A stretch of DNA of 64,000 nt. It comes from Octopus vulgaris (taxonomy: Eukaryota). Numbering within the stretch: position 1 is the first letter of the stretch; every line of letters starts with the position of its first letter. The notes under the pieces were generated by a model, which was given only the letters and a program-made list of their open reading frames with translations, made no database searches and was not told the DNA's origin. Position numbers and translations under genes: made by a program. Location of the stretch: positions 46,252,001 to 46,316,000 of the forward strand of contig OX597818.1 of the NCBI GenBank assembly GCA_951406725.2, written 5' to 3'. Positions 29,301 to 37,877 of this stretch are shown here, in pieces.

Positions 29301-32130
29301 ATCCTATTAGTCCCTTTGCCAAACAACTAAATTATATGAGCATAAACACACAATACCAGTTGTCAAGTGTTGGTAGGGTACAAAGACAGACAGACACACA
29401 TACACACACTTATATATATGACAAGCTTCTTTCATATCTGTCTAACAAACCCACTCACAAGGCTTTGGACAATCCAAAGACACTTGGCCAAGGTGCTACA
29501 CAGTTGGACTGAACCTAGAACCATATGGTTAGGAAGCAAACTTCTTACCATGCCTGCACCTGCAAAAGTTTAGTTTGGCTATTTACCTTTGTTAGCCAAT
29601 TAATGTTAATTGTAGGACCCACTAATGTGTTATATACTATGGTATAAATCTATAGAGTTAAATCATGTTTAGACTTCTCTAACTGGTGACTATTCACTTT
29701 CATTTTTATTGTTTTCAGACAATATCTTGAATCCAACATTACTACTAATGTCTACTTGGTTAATACATACTGGCTGTTTTCCCTGTATTGGTGTCTGGGT
29801 GTACAATCTGTAACAACAGATGAATGTCACGTCCTCAATAAAATTGAAAAACCATTATGGCATTTGGTAAGTTTAAACCAATTCCTTTTAAGTTTCTGAA
29901 ATTTTGTCTAACTTTATGTTTTGCATTTAGTTTGAAATCTCTTAGGAATCTGTTTCTCATTCTAATATGCATTAAAATTTACAGTAATTTAGTTTCTTAC
30001 AATTAAGAAAAATAAGCATCTTTGATGATGACGATGATAATCATGTTACTACTGCTGCTGCCACCAACAAATGATAATAATAATCCTTTCTACTACAAGA
30101 ACAAGACTTGAAATTTTGGGGAGGGGACTAGTTGATTACATTGACCCCACTGTTTCATTGGTACTTAATTTATCAACCCCGAAAAAATGAAACGCAACAT
30201 CAAACTCAGCAGAATTTGAACTCAGAACATAAAAGCAGATGAAGTGAGGCTAAGTATTTTGTCCATTGTGCTAACGATTCTGCCAGCTCACTGCCTTATC
30301 ATAATAATGATGATGATGATTTCAAATTTTGGAACAAGGTCAGCATTTTCAGGGGAGAGGCAAGCCAATTACATCAATCACGGAGTTCAACTGGTACTTA
30401 TCCTATTGATTCTGAAAGAATGAAAACCAATGTTGACCCTGGCAGAATTTGAACTCAGAACGTAAAGATGGATGGAATACACCAAGCATTTTGTTCAAAA
30501 TACTATTAATTCTGTCAGCTTGCCTTGTAGCATATAATAATATGTGTAGCTTATAGAAGATAGCAATGCTATGCACCACACACACATATTTTGTAGAACA
30601 CTTTCAATTCAGTAAAAAATAATAATACCAAAGCAAAACACCATGCATACTTATGACACACAGATGCATTCAATAGTGCAGTGAAAGCACATTGCAAAAA
30701 GGAAACTACGGGAAAACAATGATAATAATAATCATTTTAAAAACTATAAGATGCAACATGTCTCATTTTAAACAGAGAGAAAAAGGCAGATATGCTCAGT
30801 AAAAAAACTTTGAAAACAAATAGAGGTGAATTTCGATCTGAGTCTCAGGTGATCATGATACGAAAGAAGCCTTAACACATGTCCAGAGATGGTGTTCTGC
30901 CAAAAAGTTAACATTGAACAGACAGACTCTTAATGTCACTGCCCAAGCAAAAAACAAAGCCAAAAGAAAATGGTGGACAAATGACGACTACATTGAAGTA
31001 CTATATGCATTCTGCACTGCAAGTCTATACCTGAAACACAGAGATAATAAAACAAGCATGAAATATCGAGAGGAAGAAATACTGATTTAAGGAACACAAC
31101 TAGCACTATCTCCACACTGCACAATACAAACACTAATACAATGAAAGACTGCAATCAGACCCATAACAAAACAAACTAATGCAGTACAATATTGGGAAGA
31201 GTTTGCACTCCCCACCAAAAGAACACACAATGCTACACATACCCTAACTACATGGAGGTGTAGCAGGTGATGCAGTAGAAATTTTACCTGAAACTACAAA
31301 ATGTTGGATAATAATAATAATAATTCTACTCTAGGCACAAGGACTTGAACATTTTTGTAGAAGGGTGCTAGTTGATTACATTGACCCCAGTGCATAACTG
31401 GTACTTATTTCATCAACTCCGAAAGGATGAAAGGCAAAGTCAACCTCAGTGGAATTTGAATTCAGAACATAGCGGCCGCCCAGTGTGCTAAAGATTCTGC
31501 CAGCTTGCTGCCTTCTTAATAATGATAATAATAATAATAATAATAATTACTAGCACTATGACCCGGCAATGCTGGGTCATAGTGCTAGTGCATGCATATA
31601 CAGATGCGTGCGCGCACACATACATGCGAGTACTGTCCAAATCTCCGACCAATCACATAAAGCTAGCTGGCATTCAATTAGTGTATCAAGTTTTAGGCAT
31701 TTTGATTGGGTTTTGGATAGAAAATTTTAAAAAAAGTCACTTCTATTGATTTTTTAATGGCTTTGCGAGGTGACTGGGGAAATGTAAAGATGTGCACGAC
31801 CACCCTTGGATGGTTTTGAATGACCATAGAAAGTGCAAGCCCTCTAACTGAAAAATTGTGGATTTGTATAAAGGACACGCATGCAGACATTTTGCCGTTT
31901 ATATATATAGAGATAATAATCATTTCTAAAATAGGCACAAGGCCTGAAATTTTTGGGCAGGGGACCAGTCAATTACATCAACCTCAGTGAGTAACTGGTA
32001 CTTAATTTATCAACCCCAAAAGGATGAAAGGCAAAGTTGACCCCGGTGGCATCTGAAGTCAGAATGTGATGACAGAGACAAAATACCGCTAAGCATTTCA
32101 CCCAGCATGCTAACAATTCTGCCAGCTCTC

Positions 32131-32168
<38 letters not shown>

Positions 32169-34736
32169 TAATAAAATAATCCTTTCATGTTGTGGCATCA
32201 GTCCAGCAATTTTAGGGATAGGGGCTAGTTGTTTGCATCAACCTGTGCTTCACTGGTATTTATTTTATTGACTCCCAGAAGGATGAAAAGCAAAGGTAAC
32301 CTCATTAGAATTTGAACTTGGAACATAGAGAGCTGCTAGACATTTTGTTTGACATGCTATCATATTTGCTTGCTCATTGCCTAAGTAATACTAATAATAG
32401 TAGCAGTCCAAATATTTAACTTTCTTTTATGTTATCTTCCAGACTCCAGGAACATATCTTATGACATGGGTTTCAGTTGATATAATATCTGCTATCATCA
32501 TCATCACCATACTTATAGTACAATGGTAAGTCAGTGTATTAAATATTTTGGTGTGACCAATTGAAGTATCTTTGAAATATCAATATTCCTTATTATCTAA
32601 ATACCTTAAATTGGACCCAATTTTGAAGTTTCTATTTATAAGTTATATAATTTATATTATTTATAACATATTCACAAATGTTTAAGCATCCATTTATCAT
32701 ATATGTAGTTTCACTGGTAAATTTTACTTTTATATCTCAATATCAAACCTGTCTTGTTTTATATAATTCAACTTGTGTGAATTATATAATTCAACAACGA
32801 AAGAAACAAACAGAAAACAAGACAAGCAACATGAAAAACGACCCTTCATCAGTTGTTGGCTGTTTTTCTACTTCATATTTCAAGCATTTCACAACAAAGC
32901 AAATTAAATCAAATTTGGGATTTTGCGGAGGCTCAGAGTTGGTAACAAAAATAAGACAGTGAAAACAGACAGGAAGGGTTGCTAAGCCTAGATGAGTTGG
33001 GTTGGTGAATGTGGATAAACAAGCTCTGACAAGAGACAGACAAGAATGCATCCAATCCCTGTGACTGATCAGAGAGAAAGAAGGAAATTCAAGTTAGGAG
33101 AAGTAAGATGGCTGACGGGAACAGCCTGTCTTGAATTCCTCCATTATTGCCTGGAGGACTATGATGAACAAGAGAGGGCTCAGCACCAATCCTTGGTGAA
33201 ACCCTACATGTATCCTGAATTCTTCGCTGTACTTGTTGCCCTTACTGGTAGCGTCCCTGCACAAAGCTTGTACAGCTCTCACCAACCACTCCTCTGTCCC
33301 TAGTTTCTGCATTGACCACAAGATGATGGATTGGGGGACTCTGTCAAAAGCTTTCTCCAAGTCAACAAAAGTCAAGTACAGAGGTTTAACTTTGGTTAGG
33401 AATTTCTCCTGCAGCTGTCTTATCAGAAATATAGCATCAGTGGTGCTTCTCCCTGGCACAAAACCAAACTGTATCTCATCAAAATTAACTTTCTCCCTGA
33501 TTAGTTGGGCTATGACCTCTCTACAACTTTCATTACCTGATCCAACTATTTGATACCTCTGTAATTATTTTTATCTAAGATATCACCTTTACCTTTTGAG
33601 TAGTTGACTATGGTGCTGCTGCACCAGTCATTCGGTATGACTCCTTCATGAACCACCTGATTTACAATACGGGTGACTAGACCATATCCTATACTGCCAG
33701 ATATTTTAAGCATCTCAGTGGTGATTCCTGATGGGCTGGGAGCTTTTCCTGTCATCATATCCCTAATTGCTTTATCTATCAATTCAGATAGCTGGTCCCT
33801 CAGTTGGGTCAACATTTGGCTGACCCTCCTCCTCCCATTCATTCTTCACATTCAGCAACCTTTCATAATGGCATTTCCAAGCCTCTTTCTTTGCAGACTT
33901 ATTAAAAGCAAATGCACCATCCATATATATATATGCATGCATATATATGTGTGTGTTTAAATATGTATATTTAAGGGATGCTGAAAAGTTCCTGGCTTTA
34001 AGGGTACTGCGAAAGGCGTGACTGGAGGCCCAACTTTCCAATTCCGAAAGAGAACTGCAATTAGTGTGTGAATTTGAGAGAGGAATATGTTGAATAAAAT
34101 CATAATTAACTTATCCTCCTGTATTTTCTTTTACCCAAAACCTGGAACTTGTCAGCAACCACTCATATCTGTATATTTATGTCGCTTTTCCTTTTTATTC
34201 ATTAATATCCTTTCTAGAATGAAGGAGCTGGTTTCTAGCAAAGAAACAAAAGCTCCCTGGTTAGTATCTAAATAACAACAATGATAATTGTTACATATTG
34301 AACTTTCAGAAAGTTTTGCATATTTTTACTGTTTCACTTACAGATTATATCTGTAAAGTTTGTGTTGCCTGGTCTCTTTCTTTGCATGTAAAGTTTTACA
34401 TGTAATGGAAAATTATTGCAATGTTTAATAATTTTTTTTTTTCCTTTTATTGGTCACTTACTTGAAAACGTCAATCTTTGCAGGGTCCGGTTATTGGGAA
34501 CACGCTTCAATCCAGAGACAATTTCGTTACATTCTCAACAGACAATGACTATCCTTACAGACCAGTATCATTCTAATTCAAGAACTATGAAAGAAAAACT
34601 ATTATTTACTGCCGACCAACTCGAAGAAGACATTCTGGAAGCAACAGAAGGTGTTTCTAATGACCATATTGATTCTCCAACCCATCATTACATGAATACA
34701 GCTGCCGATACTATTGTCATCAGTGTTCCTCAGTAG
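3255..34736 (+). CDS. GDPD5: GDE2/GDPD5-like six-TM glycerophosphodiester phosphodiesterase, 5'-partial, 11 coding exons in window
   Basis: Exons 3255-3351, 6732-6890, 8389-8482, 11392-11537, 18394-18476, 22553-22703, 26036-26257, 27721-27869, 29719-29866, 32443-32525 and 34484-34736 splice GT-AG in frame (1585 nt = 1 + 528 codons). Motifs: FAHRGASG-VAPENTL, FESDVRISSDGIPFILHDDTLRRTTN, LNAGSWFL, WLFSLYWCLGVQSVTTD and C-terminal FNPETISL...TMKEKLLF. These match the GDPD5/GDPD4/GDPD2 family from memory. The symbol denotes the family, not proven one-to-one orthology. Confidence 0.92.
6732..6890 (+). CDS. GDPD5: GDPD5-like exon (GLSICHIYVGHQLYIHPFH...LWPSEWAMLKLSFQ)
   Basis: ttaacag acceptor, gtaagt donor, 159 nt. 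Resembles the family motif CHIxxGxQxxLH...WxxEWxxLxxSLQ. Confidence 0.9.
8389..8482 (+). CDS. GDPD5: GDPD5-like exon (IVGPFIHVGLIVIFTILTWILIRQWYILDRF)
   Basis: ttttccag acceptor, gtaagt donor, 94 nt; PFxHVG motif. Confidence 0.9.
11392..11537 (+). CDS. GDPD5: GDPD5-like exon with TM, SPC motif and catalytic HRG
   Basis: Polypyrimidine tract and atag acceptor, gtatgt donor, 146 nt; LYVIPLFIESPC...KPRLFAHRGASG. Confidence 0.93.
11706..11911. mobile_element. piggyBac-type MITE
   Basis: TTAA|CCCTTTCGTTA...TAACGAAAGGG|TTAA. Confidence 0.8.
12193..12361. repeat. Inverted repeat (~58 bp arms), probable Penelope-like terminal relic
   Basis: ATAAATGATAAGGAACAAGAAATGATGTAATGAACTTCATTAG pairs with CTAATGAAGTTCATAACGTAATTTCTGGTTCTCTTGTCATTTAT; contains GAAACAGCTGTA. 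Confidence 0.65.
16430..16645 (-). mobile_element. tRNA-derived SINE, second family (GGCGGTGAGCTGGCAGAA head, Meta-SINE-like core)
   Basis: Family consensus TGGCAGAAT..TTAGC, GAGTTCAAATTC, TTTGCCTTTCATCCTTT..GGGGT.GATAAA.TAAGTACCAG; adjoins (AAT)n. Confidence 0.7.
16649..16870. mobile_element. piggyBac-type MITE, second copy
   Basis: TTAA|CCCTTTCGTTAC...ATCAAAAGGG|TTAA; internal sequence closely similar to 11706-11911. A related family occurs at about 13313-13520, 13729-13945 and 28898-29081. Confidence 0.8.
18394..18476 (+). CDS. GDPD5: GDPD5-like exon (VAPENTLVAFQLAANQSVYGFESDVRIS)
   Basis: ttcttgcaag acceptor, gtaaat donor, 83 nt; PENT and ExD metal-binding motifs. Confidence 0.93.
20302..20410. 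repeat. Compound microsatellite (AC)n(AT)n(GATT)n
   Basis: Seen directly. Confidence 0.95.
20575..20886. repeat. Loopless palindrome, 156 bp arms
   Basis: Centre ...AAAATAT|ATATTTT... at 20730/20731; arms match with scattered substitutions. Confidence 0.9.
21040..21670 (+). mobile_element. RTE LINE 3' fragment
   Basis: Degenerate CVKKC..L.VE.TCGRGRP.KTWDEVVKH followed by the 3' UTR and (GAT)n tail; paralogous to 22823-23490. Confidence 0.8.
22553..22703 (+). CDS. GDPD5: GDPD5-like exon (SDGIPFILHDDTLRRTTN...LNAGSWFLE)
   Basis: ttacag acceptor, gtaagt donor, 151 nt; second catalytic His (HD). Confidence 0.95.
22823..23490 (+). mobile_element. RTE LINE ORF2 C-terminus plus 3' UTR
   Basis: RRLRWYGHVARMD...GRGRPRKTWDEVVKHDL...DRDLW is the typical RTE-clade C-terminus. 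Confidence 0.88.
24190..25623 (-). mobile_element. Decayed Tc1-family (DD34E) transposon
   Basis: Minus strand: HTH region, IVFSDES (~24880-24900) and WSALSPDLHPIEHLLDEIQRRL. Right terminus TA|CACTGAACTGCAAAAGAAAC. Many frameshifts and stops; left end not resolved. Confidence 0.85.
26036..26257 (+). CDS. GDPD5: GDPD5-like exon (EDPMDVVGSL...NQTIMSLKELIDLA...GIPPKQ)
   Basis: attag acceptor, gtagat donor, 222 nt, phase 0/0. Confidence 0.9.
27460..27662 (+). mobile_element. Meta-SINE-like SINE, plus orientation
   Basis: GGTAAGTTAGCAGAATTGTT...GTTCAAATTC...TTTGCCTTTCATCCTT...TAAGTACCAGTT...CCTTGTGCCAAAATTT. Confidence 0.75.
27721..27869 (+). CDS. GDPD5: GDPD5-like exon (IWWFSKVY...NARYDSLSEDEI)
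   Basis: ctttttatag acceptor, gtaagt donor, 149 nt. Confidence 0.88.
29719..29866 (+). CDS. GDPD5: GDPD5-like exon (QYLESNITTNVYLVNTYWLFSLYWCLGVQSVTTD...PLWHL)
   Basis: ttttcag acceptor, gtaagt donor, 148 nt. Confidence 0.93.
30080..32385 (-). mobile_element. Cluster of five minus-strand Meta-SINE-like copies
   Basis: Copies at about 30080-30297, 30320-30527, 31325-31514, 31920-32135 and 32180-32385, each adjoining (AAT)n. Confidence 0.8.
31550..31913 (-). mobile_element. Non-autonomous Helitron
   Basis: Minus strand A|TC...CTAG|T, no TSD, terminal hairpin CTAGCACTATGACCCGGC-AAT-GCTGGGTCATAGTGCTAG. Confidence 0.75.
32443..32525 (+). CDS. GDPD5: GDPD5-like exon, last TM helix (TPGTYLMTWVSVDIISAIIIITILIVQ)
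   Basis: ttccag acceptor, gtaagt donor, 83 nt. Confidence 0.9.
33094..33925 (-). mobile_element. RTE LINE reverse-transcriptase fragment
   Basis: GKAPSPSGITTEMLK, NYRGIK, PGRSTTDAIFLIRQLQEK, FVDLEKAFDRVP and GFHQGLVLSPLLF; frameshifted and internally deleted. Confidence 0.9.
33972..34167. mobile_element. mariner-type MITE relic
   Basis: GGGATGCTGAAAAGTTCCTGG ... CCTGGAACTTGTCAGCAACCACTCATA, imperfect TIRs. Confidence 0.5.
34484..34736 (+). CDS. GDPD5: GDPD5-like terminal coding exon, cytoplasmic tail
   Basis: ctttgcag acceptor; VRLLGTRFNPETISLH...TMKEKLLF...SVPQ followed by TAG at 34734-34736. Confidence 0.9.
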
Positions 34737-35594
34737 ATACAAGTTTACTGAAAACATTGAGACAATTCAAAAGATTCATAGAATTCCAAACCAAATTCCA
34801 TTTGTTATACTACTTTCCAGGAAAATATGGAATTTATAATTAAAAAAAATATATATTTTATGAATGACTCTTTGTGATGGGATTTTGGCACATTTATTTT
34901 CCTTTTTTTTTTTATATACCAGAAAGCAATCTTTGGCTCTATGTTAATGTGTTTTATTCTGTGAATATTTAAGATTTTTTTTTTTTTAATGGCTTAGTCG
35001 AAAGACAAAGAGCAGCGCCCATGACCTTTTTCATGGCCTTTAAGATTGGTCAGATGAAATGAGGATTTTATCCTCAGATTAGAGATCTAGTTTCAAAGCT
35101 TGCAACAGAACTGATTCTGTTAAAGGCACCCAAGGACCAGGTGGGGGTGTTAAACCGGGTGATGGCATAAGTTCACCACCCAATAAATGCCTTATGCATG
35201 TTTCATACTTTTTTCTTTCTTTCTTTCATTTTTTTTCTTCGCTTTTTTTTGCTGCCCTTGCAATGTGCTGAGATTTATCGAAAACTGTTTTCCAGTTTTA
35301 GCTTCCATTGTCATGCCAGATGAGAGATAAATGATCAGAAATTTTATTAATCTTACTGATTCTGTCCTTTCAATGTTTGACTTATAGATGAGGACATCAT
35401 TGACTGATGGGATGACGTCTTACCAATTAACAACTATGAAAGGCATACGACTTAGTAAAAAAATAGATCCTTTTTTGATTGTTTGAGAATACTGTGAATT
35501 TCTCAAGAATAATTCTTATACTTTTTTATTTTGAAAGAAACATTGTTGTTTGTGTGTGGATGTGTGTATTTAAGTATATATGTGGAAAAGAGGA

Positions 35595-35810
35595 TGTGTG
35601 TGTGTGTGTGTGTGTGTGTCTATGTATGGTTGTGTGTATTTGTGTACATGTACATATACCTGTATGTATATATAGATATATCTATGTGTGTGTGTGTATA
35701 TATATACATATATATGTATATATGTATGTATATATATGTATATATATATGTATGTATTTATATGTATGTATATATGTATGTATTTATATATATATATATA
35801 TGTGTATGTA

Positions 35811-35852
<42 letters not shown>

Positions 35853-35950
35853 CATGTGTATGTATGTGTATGTATATATATATATATATATATATATGCT
35901 AAACGATGATGATGATGATGTATATACATACATACATATATGTATGTATT
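35595..35950. repeat. Compound (TG)n/(TA)n/(TATG)n microsatellite
   Basis: Seen directly; it explains the three long overlapping Y/I/V/C-rich ORFs here. Confidence 0.95.
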
Positions 35951-37340
35951 AATATTTGTTTTGTGTGTTTAGTTCTGTATAAAAACAGTCAAACATTGAA
36001 TAGAAAGGTCAATCAATGGCTTTCAGTAGAATAAACACACTTCATTTTTGCAAGGGAAAGGTTAACACTCACTTTGATGTTTCAGCTATGTAACCATAAT
36101 TGGACTGTAAATTGCTTCATTAACATATATATGAGTGCATGCATTTGCTTGTGTATATACATATGTTTGCATGCAGATAGGTATATGAATATATTCTAGT
36201 GCATGATGATGATGATGATATACATGAGTGGACAAATGAAAGGGGACTCAATGCATTTATTAGGAGTTGCATGTATTATTCAAAACAGTTTGATTTATAA
36301 TCCATGCTACTTCAAGTTTCACAGGCCCCTAATGGAGCTTCTTTCCTCAGGCTCATGGAATATCCAAGTTCCACAAGCCTGAAGAGCCAGATTCCATTAG
36401 GCGCCTGCAAAACCTGAACTAGCACAGAATGTGAGTTAAAGTGTTTTGAATAATATTCATATATATATATATATATATATACACGTACACACACAAACAT
36501 ACGCATGCATGTATATACATGAGCATGTAGATTTATGTAAAAATGTTTGTCTATTGAAACTCAAATGTATTGTGTATTTTTGTGTGTGTATGACTAGATG
36601 CATGTGTACTAACTCACCAAGATGTGTAGATAGATCTGTGGCTATATAAATGCATGTATGGATCCATTGGCTACTGTTGAAAAATTTATAGCATCAAAAT
36701 CTCTATTAGCATAAAATAATGAATGCTGATGTTTATCTACAAAGCCAGTACTTAAAAATCATATACCCTGTCTTTGACCTCCTCCTTCCATACAAACCCA
36801 ACCTGTCTCACCTCTACCAACATACATGCTTGAATGAAGCACTCAATACTAAAAAAAACTGTCATTAACTTCCAATACTAAGCAATAACAAACTTAATGG
36901 AAGCCACCTCATGAAATTCAACAAATCTTCCAACACAAACCACTCAATGTGACCTACCTGTGATTTGTTTCTCTCTAAAATATAACTTCCATCACCTGTA
37001 TTTACATATATGCTCTAATGAAACCTAACAATAACGTAAATAATCAATAATTCCTTTAAATACCCAATCAGTTTCAACATAATTTTAATTTATCAAATCA
37101 GAGAAAATGTCTTTCCTACCCAATCCTTTCTACTGTCACCCTATCAACAATTACTTTTTCCTTTCCTTTCTTTTCTATATATTCTATTTCTTCTTTCTCC
37201 CTACAAACACCTTTTTTTGCTTACCTAATAATATCATCCAATAAAGGTATATATTTATTTACCACAAAATTACACTATTACACTATGCATTACTTTGCAC
37301 ATACATTGCACAAGATAAACTCCCACAAGATAAACTTCAA

Positions 37341-37515
37341 ATAATTATATTTAAGATTTGGAAGACCAACTTATAGTTTGATAAGAGCAACACAGCCTAA
37401 GTTTCAGTTAACATTTTGCTTGCAAAAATTATATAAGCAAAATGTTAACTGAAACTTAGGCTGTGTTGCTCTTATCAAACTATAAGTTGGTTTTCTAAAT
37501 CTTAAATATAATTAT
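37341..37515. repeat. Near-perfect hairpin, 81 bp arms, 13 nt loop
   Basis: 37341-37421 pairs with 37435-37515, with two mismatches. Confidence 0.95.
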
Positions 37516-37525
37516 ATATATATAT

Positions 37526-37877
37526 ATTCAATTGCCACTAATTATGACTGAGGGTACTGGGTAGCACTTATATTGCTAGAAATAAGAGTTATAATAACCC
37601 TTAGTACTGCAAGAAAGCACATTTTCATATGCTGACAGGGGAGATAACTACCCCACAGTGAAGCTAAATCACCATACTAGGCTAGTTTCATTGGAAAATT
37701 GTAATTTTCAAACAGAACAAGCCGAATATAATGATCTAACTTCACTGTGGGGTGGTTGTTTCCCCCTGACAGTATACAAAAATGTGTTTTTTTGCAGTTC
37801 TAAGGATTTTTTTACCCATATTTCTCGCAATAAAGGTACCACCTGATACTCTCAGTCACAATTAGTGAGAATTGAAT
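37526..37877. repeat. Diverged palindrome, ~175 bp arms
   Basis: ATTCAATT...CTAATTATGACTGAGGGTA at left, TACTCTCAGTCACAATTAG...AATTGAAT at right; CCCCACAGTGAAG pairs with CTTCACTGTGGGG. Confidence 0.85.

Noticed and set aside
35479-35952. Long ORFs of 119-157 aa rich in Y/I/C/V/H/T (also 5736-6506 and 50119-50322)
   Set aside because: Translations of TA/TG microsatellites.
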